DNA of 64,000 nt. Origin: Lytechinus pictus. Its lineage: Eukaryota. The stretch is from contig NC_087251.1 in the NCBI RefSeq assembly GCF_037042905.1, positions 4,156,001-4,220,000 on the forward strand, written 5' to 3'. The notes under the pieces are model-generated. The model ran no database searches and had not been told where the DNA came from. It saw only the letters and a list, made by a program, of their open reading frames with translations. Positions 26,743 through 39,021 of the stretch are shown here, one piece after another. The position numbers and the translations under genes are program-made. Within the stretch, counting starts at the first letter, position 1. The number at the start of each line of letters is the position of its first letter.

Positions 26743-27277
26743 ATGGGTTTATTAATGTCTCGGGTAATGACTCTCTTCAAGGATTGGTCTCAGGGAAGTC
26801 CTTCAAGAGTTCTTATGCTTGGTCTGGATGCAGCAGGTAGGTCTATCTTTTTTTGCATCTTTACGTCATTGTTTAAAATTATCATGATAATTTTTTTTTC
26901 ACTGTATGCATTATTACAACAAGTATGATCTGCTTCAAGTTATATATAGGAATATTTATAACATTGACCTCTTGAATAAAAGTACTGGAGCTAGTTAAGT
27001 AGGCATGATTTTTTTGTTTTTAAATGGAAGTAATGTTGGAGGTTATCAGGCTGACAAATATCAGAGATTGAATGTCGGAGGTAAAAATTTAAGAGGTATA
27101 TTGTCGAAGATTTAAAAAAAATATAGAAAAATAATGTCAGAAGCGCGGTGACACGGTGTTATTTCGTAAGAGCGCTATATAAATGAACATATTTATTATT
27201 ATTATTATTATTATCATTACTATTATTATTATTGTTATTATTAATAATTATTATTATTTATCATTATTATCATTATC

Positions 27278-27310
<33 letters not shown>

Positions 27311-29367
27311 GAATTATATTTACAGAAATAAAATGTTCAAAATAACTCATGTCGGAGGAAAAATTGAGCCGGATGTAAAATGTGTAGTGTCAGACGAAAT
27401 CGGCCAGGTAATAATATCACAGAGAGAGGAGGGGTTACTGATGGAAATAAAAATGAGCTTCTGATTAACTGAAGAGAATACATGTATTGCAGGGATGAGG
27501 AAGAAATGGAGGGGGGTCATGTATCTATTGCCTTGTAAATGTTAATGGATTTTTTAATTGTTCTTTTTGTTTCTAGGAAAGACTACATGTTTGTACAAGC
27601 TGAAGCTGAATGAAACAGTGACAACGATCCCTACCATAGGATTCAATGTCGAAACCGTGACACCAGTACCAGGTCTATCATTCACCGTTTGGGATGTAGG
27701 CGGTCAAGAGAAAATCAGGGCACTTTGGAGACATTACTACTATGGCACACATGGTAAGGATTATTATTTGATCTGAATTATTATCTGAATCTATTTTAGA
27801 ATTAGGGAATGCATAATTGTGTGTTTGTGCTTACTTAATGCGTCTATGAATTGGCCTACTGGAACCTTATTGACTTATCAATAAACCAAAATGGAAATTT
27901 GAGTTAAAAAAAAAACAGACAATAACATACATAGACCCGAATTATACTTTTTGTATGGAAATTGTTCATTTTTTTAAATAATAAACTACTGAGCATGACG
28001 ATCGAGTTTAATATAAATTCTTCAAAAAAAATTCAGTATAGCGAACAGCACTCTATAGGGGAAGGCGGGGTAAGTTGTGACACTTTTTGCTTTTAGCATG
28101 TTAGAATTGATATGATTAATAATCTTGTAGAAATAAGTACCTTGCCTTAATTAATTTTTCTGAAATATTTTTCACCTATATATAACTTTCTACCCCCACA
28201 CTGAAAGTCATTGTCACCTTTAAAAAAAGAGGTGTCAAATGGCTTAAATTGCCCCATCTGTGGGGTACGTTGAGCCACAAAAACTATGTACAAAATGTAT
28301 GGGGGAAGAACCGGCATGTCAATTTTTTATTTAAAGTCTTTTCACTAGCCAATTCTCTATAAATACTAACATCCTCTAAAAGGAAAAGATCAGTTATGTA
28401 AATTTGCTCCATTCTGTCTGCATATCGATGGCTTTTTAAGGTTTGTTTGTTTTTATATACATTACCATAAGAAATACCATGGCTCAACTTGCCCCATGTT
28501 GTCTGGCTCAACTTACCCCATTCCGAACTTAATGTGATAATTTCGCATCCACACATTTCTTATGCATCCATCATGTAAAAGACAAGAATGAAGATCCATA
28601 CCTGGACTAACAATGTTGTTCTTATGTCTTTATTATATTTAAAGACGTGTGTGTGTAAAAAGCACTTATCTATTTCTCACCCTTTTTACTTTTTTTTGCT
28701 GAAATCTGTATTTTTCCCTCTAAAAAAGTACTTTTTGTTTCAAAGTTGAAAACAATGTGGTGGGGTTAGGGGTTATGCAACGGGTCATCAATACATGACA
28801 CCACCACAATGTCTGACTCATTCATTATCGAACTGGGGGTGGTGGCTCAACTTACCCCTATGCTCAACTTACCCTGCCTTCCCCTAAGGTGCAGAATCTT
28901 AATTTAATTATTTTAATTCGCATGGCAGGTTGGAAATGGAGGAGGCTGCTAAAAAGCGGAGCTTGTAGAGTGCAGCCTCCTAATAAATATTTTTGTAATT
29001 ACATAGCATATAAAAATCAAAATAACAACTTGAGCATAAACCAGCTAAATAAAAAAATAAATAGGGGGAAATTAAAATAGAAAAGTAAATAAGAAAAAGA
29101 GAGATTAAAGGTCTCCAGAAGGACCTCGTTGATCAACAGGAAAACGAAAGAGATGGAACAGTGTGCGTCACATTATTTATATTCGTGTTTGATTTAAAAA
29201 AAAAGAGTTTGAGTGATGAAGAGTTATTTCAATGGTTATCTTGGAGAAACTTTTTGGAATTTAGGCTTGGTGATTCTTTGATGTTATTATCAATAGTTCC
29301 CCAGAGTTGCGTACCTAGGATTTTCCACAGGGGGGGGGGGCAAAATCGGCCGCCAAAAAAATTGACA

Positions 29368-29398
<31 letters not shown>

Positions 29399-30439
29399 GG
29401 TCTTCAAGCTCGTCTGGGGGGGGCATAAAAGGTCTTTCAAGTTCGTCAGGGGGGGCAGTGATATGTATTTTGTATGGGTTGTGGCTCGTCAGGGGGGGGG
29501 GCAGAGTGCCCCCTCTGCCCCCCCCCGTAGGTACGCTAGTGGTCTAGGGCCTTCAAAAATAAAAACTGATTTTGCAAGAATGGTCCGGGTTAGTGGTAAA
29601 TGGAATTCATCTGATTGACATGTGGGATATTTGTGAAGATGCGATATTGTATGTCAAATGTATAAAACAAACTGTGATTGTTGAAAATGGAAATAAACGA
29701 AATGAAAACGAAATGATTTTTTTTTTTCAGGTGTTATCTTTGTAGTAGACAGTCAAGATCGAGAACGATTCGCAGAAGCTCGAGGTGAACTGCTTGCTAT
29801 ACTACAAGCTCAAGAAATGACTGGGAACGTCCCTGTGCTAATACTTGCTAACAAACAAGATCTACCAGGTAGGCGATATACCTCACTCATTAAATTTTGC
29901 TATGAGAAAAACCCAGAATAATGCCACGAACGCGTGCATTATAATTGCATATTGAATATCCTTTTAAAGAAAGGTTGATACTTCACAATTTTTTCTTTGT
30001 ATTCGTATTGCAACTATTTTGTTTATATTTTGGATTATTCATGTTTATTGTATTTGCAAACATATTCTTATTTTACCATTTGTACTGAGAAATAAAAGCA
30101 ACCAAAAAAAATCTAGATAACTACATATTTATTTTCGATTAGAATAGGCAAACATTGGAAATGGATTTCTCCGATATTTTGGGTTTAATATTTCAAATAA
30201 TTTCAGATCTACCGTTTAATATCAATTCTAACCGTCATTTTATCTTCCCACATTTTTCATCAGGTGCACACGGTGTGACCAAATTGATTGACGAACTCCA
30301 ACTCCGAAATCTTACCCAGAATCCTTGGCATATCCAAGGCGCATGCGCCACGACAGGGGATGGTTTATACGAAGGACTCCAACAACTGTCCAAGATGATC
30401 CGAGAATTCAAGAAATCTGGAGGAAAGGTGTCCATGTAA
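26743..30439 (+). CDS. ARF/ARL-family small GTPase, paralog 2 (canonical motifs); join(26743..26836,27577..27753,29731..29868,30264..30439), 194 aa
   Basis: GT-AG introns, 585-nt open frame: MGLLMSRV...GLDAAGKTT...IPTIGFNVE...[17 protein letters not shown]...ANKQD...[14 protein letters not shown]...GGKVSM*. Confidence 0.95.
28058..28884. mobile_element. TA-flanked non-autonomous DNA transposon (TIR GGGGAAGGCGGGGTAAGTTG) in intron 2 of paralog 2
   Basis: TA|GGGGAAGGCGGGGTAAGTTG ... CAACTTACCCTGCCTTCCCC|TA. A second, inverted copy lies at 49225..50522. Confidence 0.85.
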
Positions 30440-32742
30440 GAAGATACCTGACACCATTAATTGACCGGTCATCTGCAAATTGGTGTAATCGCGTTGTGAC
30501 GATGTAGTCGAATGTCGATCCATGCAATATTTGGGATGAGTGGGGACGGGAGGGGGAAGGGGTTGCATGAGCGGCAACTTGGCAACAATGTTGCATGTTA
30601 TGGCCAGTATCCGGGGCGTGCCCCCTCTTTTGTTGGGGAGGCGTATCCCAGCGAGTCAAAAATCCATGGATTTAAACGCTATTCATCTAAAAAATAACAT
30701 TTTAATTTAACAATAGGCCGAAGTGACCTGAAAGAATATTAGTATCAAACTTGACGGAATTGTTTAATCTTTAAACAAAATAGATAGTGATTGATTTAAT
30801 ACCTCGGGTGTAGGAATTTAAAGTTGACAAATTATTTGCCTCTCGTTGACTTCTCATAAAGAATTCCGGAACACCTTTTAATGGTACTTTACGGCATTAG
30901 AACATGGACAAGCAAAGCTTTCATTTTGGTAATTTCTCTTTTCTCGAGTTCCAAAATTTCAACAAATTGGATTTGAAGCTGTCTAAAAGCGCCTTTAAAC
31001 GAAATGGGATGTGGCGCCCTAGGCCATAATTCATATTACAGAAGATATTATAAAAACACGTATGATTAAATGCACTTTCGTAATCCGATAAGTAAATACC
31101 ATCCCTTTTCGTAGCAAGTTTCTTTGTACTATAAAACAGCGACGAAGTTTAGATTTTGAAATGAAAATAATATGCTCGAGTATGACTTGTGTTAACAAGA
31201 TCGAAATGTATTATGTTTACATGTATTATGAAATAGTCGAAACTAATCTTAATCACACCGATCTTCATTTTTTATACTTATTTTTGTTTTGTGTGTTTGG
31301 CTAAACATGTTTGATATGGAATTAACGGTCCGAAAATATTTGTACATATTCAGCTGCAATCTATGCTCGTGAAAAGTTGTAAGAATCAACATCGTGTATC
31401 ATTATAGTTTACATAGAAAATGTGTATATTATTGTAAATAAAAGCAAAGATCACTTTATGAGAAAAATATATTTTATAATAAAGTTTCGCAAATCTATTT
31501 TGGGTGCCTGATTTCAAATATAGATAACTATACTATAAAGCATATTTATAGCAAGTGAACTCAATGAACATAATTATGTCTGGCAGTTGCGTAAAGGCTA
31601 TATGAGAGTTCACATTGAGCCACATAAGAGATAGAGAGGAAAAGACAGAGAGGTAGAAATGGATTGACGAGAGAGAGGGGGAGATGGGGGGTGAACCTAT
31701 ATGGCTCCATTCTACATTATAAGCAAAATTCGAAGCTACTTTGTTCACTAAATCCTGTCTAAAATTATCAAATTGGACTATTATTACAGCATTCAATGTA
31801 GTTTCGTTTATTAATTCTCTGAATTTTCTTGCAATTTCATTGAACAGATTTAGTGGGTTTATATACAGGTATTCTGCTTTATATGGAGATCAACCTATCG
31901 CGTTGGTTAACATGAGCCTTGTTGGTTAAGATTTGTTTTTGCATATAATTTCCTTTTGATCAACAGTTGATATGTTCATTATGTTAGCCAACCGAATTTT
32001 TTTTTCTACGAGTACATATTCTGACATTTGGTCTGATTTGATTTGCTTTATTGTTTTCTTCTGCATTTATTCGTATGAAACATTTTGTCATTACATATCA
32101 AACAATTGATTACTGTTTTTGGAATGAATCATAAAGAAAAGAAATGGATTAAAATATTTATACCAAAGTATTAAAACAATTTTATTGGGATCTGCTTTTT
32201 TTTTCTTCTTTTTTTTTACTTTAGACATCTTCCCAATAGTTTTTTCCTACAACATGCATAATAACTTAAATACTTTTATGAGAAAATGAATCAATGAATT
32301 TGAAAGTTAATCATTATTTCACCAACCTTTTTTTAATTGTCTTATTTCCACTTCGATCATGATGATTACTTATTAATATCATTTCTGGCAATGCGATAAA
32401 TGACATTCCGAAGTAGATATTTGACCGATGAGTGGACTGGACAAAGTCCCATCACGGCCTTATTCAGAGAACTTTATCAGTTTATGGTATCAGACTATCT
32501 GTCCATCTTAAATAAACATAATATTCATGCGTCTTTGCAATGCACATAAAGCAAAACATTATCATTAATCATTGGTATAGGTATGTCCTTCCGACAGGTC
32601 ACGTAACAGAGGTTACTCCATATCAAGGAGGTCTTTTTATTTATCTTTTATCCATCGCAAAAGGAACAACTTTGCAACATAAATTAGAATTTCGTCAATT
32701 TAAATGAAACTTGATAAAGATTGTCGCACCACTCCTCCATTC

Positions 32743-32787
32743 ATGATGATGATGATGATGATAATGATGATGATGATGATGATGATA

Positions 32788-32825
<38 letters not shown>

Positions 32826-32894
32826 AATGATGATGATGATGATGATGATAATGATGATGATGATGATGATGATAATGATGATGATGATGATGAT
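32743..32894. repeat. (GAT)n microsatellite
   Basis: About 50 ATG/ATA triplets. Confidence 0.95.
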
Positions 32895-33025
32895 AGCGCA
32901 ACAAACAAGAATGATATTGATTATGATGGTGATTTTAACATTTTTAATAATGATAACGATTTAAATCATTACTTGTTCATGTATATTTTCTTGAAGCGCC
33001 ATGGGCACCGAAAATGATCAATGGT

Positions 33026-34192
33026 GGGGGGCCACTTACATTGACGAGTGGATACCATGCGCGACCAAAAAAACACGTAAAAAGGATGTCTTTTTCAAGA
33101 TAGGCCACGTTACGTACGTAACGTGATAAGGGTGTCAAAAACACAAAAATAATGAAAAAAGGGTATTTATTTCGCTAGGAAAATTACGTGTTTAGGGTCA
33201 AATTTGCGGGGATGATAAAACAAAATTAAAATGTTTTATAAAGGATGTCCTTTTTTCCCCAACACTACGTGTTTAGAGTCCGATTTGCACGAGGTGTGAA
33301 AGGTGGGGTCGTACTAAACCAAATGATGTGTATAAGGTAAAACCAACGACCGAAGGACCCGTGACAAAATATTCATGTACTTGTTTAGGGGTTCATTTCA
33401 GGGAATACTTGCCAAGAGTATCGTTTTGTTTCCAATACTTGTTAAGGGTAGGGTTTCACACGCCAATACGTGTTAAGGGGTGCATTTTCAGAATATGGAA
33501 AATACGTGTTTAGGGTGCTTTTCGAGACCCCATGGTCGCGCATGGTATCCACTCGTCAATGGAAGTGGCCCCCCCCCCCCCCCCGGGGTGGTGACCCGGG
33601 GAGGGGGGCACTTCCATTGACGAGAGGATACCATGCGCGACCACGGGGTCTCGAAAAGCACCATTAACAAGTATTTTCCATATTCTGAAAATGCACCCCT
33701 TAACAAGTAGGCCTATTAATTGGCGTGTGAAATCCTACCCTTAACAAGTAATGGGAACAAAACGATACCCTTGGCCCCTAGCAAGTATACAGCGATATTT
33801 TAGTTATGTCACGGACGTCGGTTTTACCTTTACCTTCACTGACCATTGGGTATAGTACGGCCCAACCTCCCACACCTCGCGCAAATCGGACTCTAAACAC
33901 GTGTTGACGGGGCAAAAGTACATCCTTTATATAACATTTTAGTATTTATATCACGGACGGCTTTACCTTTACTTTCATTGGGTTTAGTACTACCCTCACC
34001 TCGCTCAATGGCTTAAATTGGACCGTAAACACGTAGTTTTCCAAGCAAAATAATATACATTTTTTCAATATATTAGTGTCTTTGACACCCTTATTATTGT
34101 ACGTAACGTGCCCTATCTTGAAAAAGAGATTCCTTTTACGTGTTTTTTGGTCACGCATGGTATTCAAGGGAAGTGCTTAGGAAGTGCCCCCC
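33026..34192. mobile_element. Two copies of one MITE family in inverted, tail-to-tail arrangement (about 33026..33588 and 33595..34192)
   Basis: TIR GGGGG(C)CACTT(A/C)CATTGACGAG.GGATACCATGCGCGACCA. The second copy begins with the reverse complement of the first copy's right end. Confidence 0.8.
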
Positions 34193-35120
34193 ATGCTTGT
34201 AAGCAAGCATCCAGATGACCGTCGCGACGGCGCGCTAGAAGTAGCCACTATTATTCATAATATTTTTTTGAAATGAAATGATATTCCGGATTATGCACCT
34301 CCTTAGTTTATTGTCCTGATCATGGTCAAACGCACAGAACTATTTAGATTGCACCATTGATGGGGCCCCTGGGGCTTAGGTTCGATCGAGAAATTAAAGT
34401 ATCCTTATTTTTATAGACTACAGATAGCGCTGTTGCTTTTATTATAATCATGTCCATGTTATAATATAAGCTCTTTAGTATTCCACGAATGAATTCCACC
34501 AGCAAACGCATGCCGAAGTACTAACATCGTGATTTGAGAGACAACAAAAATGAAAATATGTATCTAAAAAAAAGTGAAGTAAGAATTAAAAGTTTAGTGC
34601 TGAGTACAAACTGGATTTAGAATATAACAATAAAAACGAAAATAGATAACACAAGATGTATTTCCATTTGATTGCATATTTTCAAAGAACCTTCCATGCA
34701 ATGGGGCTGTGTTAGACTTGGTTTGTCTATGAGGACAAGCACATATAGGTAAAAATACTTATATCGAACATAACTGAATATATCACATGAGATCTTGATT
34801 TAGTTTTAATTTCGGTTGTGATTATGATGTCAGCTGAGACCATCCGAAATCCGTGATTAATTGTCAGGATTGTCACCACTGAGTTGGCGGTCGTGGTTAA
34901 AAACAAGATCAATGTGGTCGACACAAGTTTACACAAAGATTTGCAAGATGTGTCTTTTTAAGCTCTATTCAATAATAATATCTGGTATATGCATATAAAG
35001 TCATCACGATCATACAAATATCAATACGACTCGTGTATTAATTGGCCTATGATAATAGTTGCAATGTTGTAACAGAAATAGAGTTCAAGATTCAGTTATA
35101 ACATTGCACCTATTATCCTA

Positions 35121-35317
35121 CACTCTTAAAAATGTTGGGCAACATACGGTCCACACAACAATTGGTTAAAACTTTATCCAATTCTGGGTAGTTTTACACC
35201 AATAATATGTGCTTTGGGTGAAAACTACACAGTATTGGTTGAAAACTACCCAGAGTTGGATAACTTTTTTAACCAATTGTTGTGTGGACCGTATGTTGCC
35301 CAACATTTTTAAGAGTG
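35121..35317. mobile_element. Palindromic TA-flanked MITE
   Basis: TA|CACTCTTAAAAATGTTGGGCAACATACGGTCCACACAACAATTGG ... with the exact reverse complement at the right end|TA. Confidence 0.85.
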
Positions 35318-35464
35318 TAGAATAGACCAACATTGCAACAAGTTTGGTTCAATTATTATCGAAAGCATAATCGTCCACTCTTTCTTCAGTGTGATACTTT
35401 CCGTCCAGTGTCATTTGAAATAAAATCATTTATTGTCGGTCCGTGATACAAGGAACCTTTTCTA

Positions 35465-36450
35465 CAGTGCGTATCAAAAAAAAAGTTTGCACTTTGAAAA
35501 AATCCTGTAAAATTATACATTTGTAATATCCCGAAGATTTTTCCACATTTTAACATTGGTACAAATCCATTTAAGCAAATGACGATATAACTGTCGAAAA
35601 ATATTTCCGCTTGAGTGAGCACCACTTACTTTTGAAAAGTTAGTGAAAAAGAATTTGCGCAGGACTTTGAAATAGTTATGCGAATGAAAGTGGACCTTAA
35701 TCATGAAGAACACATTGAATTTAGCTAGTAAAATTGATTTGAAGACATCTTTTATCTTCTTTAACTTGTTTCCTTGCCCAAAACACTTCGAAGAGTGAAT
35801 TGTGCCCCACCCCACTCCCCACACACCGAGGCCATCGTGACGATATTTGCTTTACACTGAGCTGTGATTTACATGAAATGGCTTAGGCTTGATTTTCATT
35901 TTGTTAATCATTGTCAAGCTTGGAAAAAGTGTGGAGAAACAAGTATTAAATGAAAAATGAAATGTAAACCCTCTTTAAATGATGAAAACTTAGTGAAAAA
36001 ATGCTGGAGATGTCTGATATAAACTTTTGTTCAGATTCAGTTATGTCCTCACATCCAGCTGGCACAAAAAGGGTAAAGGTTGTGCTTACTAAGTGTTGAA
36101 ATTTCAATTTGGGTGGCAAAATTGTTACAAAATGCTTGAATGTATTTGTTTTATTTCAATTGACTAAAAGTGGAAGGGAAATGTATGAGAAATGTTTCGC
36201 AGGGTAAGTTTGATTTCGCCCTTTCCCCTTGACACAACATGAAAACAAGCATTTCTGCGCAAACAGATTTCTGCGAGCTTTACAAAAATTGACAGGGCTC
36301 ACTCAAGTGTAACATTCTGTCAAAACTTTTAATTTCATTGGATAGATGAGCCCACACCCAAGATTATATGTATAAAAATTACCTACATGTTGTATATTTT
36401 TCAATTCCCAGGGCTTTTTCAAAGTGTAAACTTTTTTTTGATACGCACTG
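35465..36450. mobile_element. Tc1/mariner-like non-autonomous element
   Basis: TA|CAGTGCGTATCAAAAAAAAAGTTTGCACTTTGAAAAA ... TTTTTCAAAGTGTAAACTTTTTTTTGATACGCACTG|TA. Confidence 0.85.
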
Positions 36451-36544
36451 TATATAGATTCGCGAGATTGTTTAATTTCCAACAACAACGACAAAAATCA
36501 AGTAAAGTTATTTGAAACAAATTACACTTTTATTGTTTGTTCTA

Positions 36545-36827
36545 CACTGTTAGAAAATTTATCCTTAAAATAAAAGAAGTTCCTGCAGCAGAGTCTCAAG
36601 AACACCTGTAATCTTACCAGATTGCTAAAATTACAGGAAATTGATATTTATTGTATGGAACCTTACAAATTTCCTTAAATAAAACACCCTTTTTCCCTTT
36701 TTTTACAGACCTGTTCTGTTAAATTGCAGAAAAAAATCATTTTTTATGAATTTACAGAATGATTCTGTTATTGCTTTCTGCAATGTCTTCTTTTTTTCCC
36801 CTGTAAAATCAGTTTTTTTTAACAGTG
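36545..36827. mobile_element. Short MITE with CACTGTTA termini
   Basis: TA|CACTGTTAGAAAA ... TTTTTTAACAGTG. Confidence 0.55.
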
Positions 36828-37949
36828 CATGCATCTGTTTAATTGATTTGAATATGTTATACGAGAAGTTCAATCAAAGGCCGGTCTGGGGCAAGGGGGA
36901 TTTTGTTCAGAAAAAAATCTAACTAGCCAAAAAGAAGAAAAACAAAATAAAAAGGATCTTCCCTCCCGAATGAAGGTATGAAGTCATAACAAAAAATTCA
37001 CAAGCAAAAAAATAAATGAATAAAAAAAAAAAAAAAAAAAAAAAAAACACCATGCAGGTCTACACTTGCCTATATAATATTATATTCGACATTATCCACT
37101 TCGTAGGCCTACATGACTCCCCCTGGATCCATCACCGAGTTCAATCTAGAACGAGGCTAATCATTTAAATAATTGTCCACTAAAAGAGCAATGTTTGCAG
37201 TATGGGAGAGATTTGGGAAAGAGAGGGGAGAGGCTATCTTTTCTTGTAACGATGATGCTGACACATTCCCCAGAATATTTGCTTGAAATGAACTGAATGC
37301 TTAAACTTGACCACCCCCCAAAAAAGTAGATTATATCTCATGAGAATTCGATCAGAAAATTGTTCATGGAAAAAATATCTGCCTCCTCGTAAATGGGACC
37401 ATGCCGGATCCCAATATTTAAAACATCTCGCTTACAGGTCTGAACAAGAGATGTACATCTTTATGGTCTGAATATCAATAATATTCAGCTCGCACTTCGC
37501 GCGTGCATCATTACATTGGAGAGGATTTCATACAGTCATGAAAATCAATATTAAATTTTTCAGATTAGTGTAGTAAAATTTCAGCTCGCGCTTCGCGCTC
37601 GCATATCTATCAACTATATGTTATTGAACAGAATACAACACATTCAAAACTTTAATTTGGGTGAAGAATAAAATTATTGCAGCCAAAGTGTATTGTTTAT
37701 TCGTGAATTATAATAATCTTTCTTGATGAAAACAGTTAATTTTAAGGAGAGAATTGTAATAGCAACTTCCCCAAACGTATCAAAATCATAAATACACTAG
37801 TAATGTTCTTAATGCTGATGAATATACAAGAAAGGAAACAGACATCAATTAAACATTTGATAGCATGAGAGAGCATAACTAGAGAGATGGAAGGCAAAAC
37901 AAATAATAGAATGGGGTATAGCTGGAAAGGCAACACCCATAATAGAAAT

Positions 37950-38376
37950 GGTAAATTGCCAATTTCGTCTACTGCCAACTCGTCCACTCACCACATAGTC
38001 TCACTTCATTTAATTTAATGCTATTCCGTTCATCAACATCTCGTCTAATATCCATCTGGTCGAATAACCATTTTGGTCCAATCATCACTTCGTCTAATAA
38101 CCAGTTCGTCTTTGACGATTTCGTCTCATAACCAGTTGGTCTAATCTCAATCTTGTTTTCATTCATTTCGCCCAATGAACACTAATTTTTACTCTACTTA
38201 GACCAAATGGTATATGGACGAAATGGCTATTGGACAAACTGATTATTAAACGGTATGGGGAGTTGACGACATGGCAATTAGGCCATGTGTAAATAAAACG
38301 AACTGATTGTAGACCAAATGATAGTAGACGAGTTGGTAATTGGACGAATTGGCATTAGAACAATTAAAAATAAACC
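37950..38376. mobile_element. MITE-like element made of ~20-bp repeats in opposite orientation in its two halves
   Basis: TTCGTCTA/TTGGTCTA units on the left and TAGACCAA/TGGACGAA units on the right. Confidence 0.55.
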
Positions 38377-39021
38377 TAAGGAATTACCATAGGATATTAT
38401 CTTTAGTTAAGCTTCAGTTAAGGCAAGGAGCTTCCTTGGTTAAGGCAACACTCTTAGTTCATACCCAAGCTTAACTTCACGTGACATACAACACTCATCA
38501 TGCTTCTAAACCAATCAGGTACTTTGATGAGCAAATAACGCGGAAACGACCTGGATGCAACACGCATGGAAAAATATGATAGCGCTCAGTTGAATAGTTG
38601 TGATAATCTGATTCTGTTCAGTGCGGATATCGGGGAAAAGGGAGAATAATAGCGGAAAAGCTTAGAGGATTTTACCAAACTGAACGCAAATTCCTGTTTT
38701 CGTATTACCGGTATTGATTTCTTGTTGTATTGGGTTTGGACTCGTTTGAAGCAATAGAACAACGGCAGAGGGTGAACTGTGGTGGATGATCACAATGATA
38801 TCATCTTGTAGAACTTGATGAGGTTGACTGTATTCACTGCAATCACTGCAACTATTAGTGATCAATATATTTGCGGAATTTCGTGCAGTGTCGGGGTGCT
38901 CATGCAGTGGCAAACTTTCCACCAATAGGGGCTATACGAGTTGGTGCTGAGTGGGAACCAAGTTACCTTTAGACCAGTGGAGGAGCTATTGGAGAGTTTT
39001 TAGACCAAAACAGGACCAACA

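Noticed and set aside
30419..30439. C-terminal GGKVSM of paralog 2 as a prenylation signal
   Set aside because: No cysteine at position -4, so it is not a CaaX box.
32695..33017. Poly-His, poly-Met and poly-Asp ORFs
   Set aside because: These are reading frames of a (GAT)n microsatellite.
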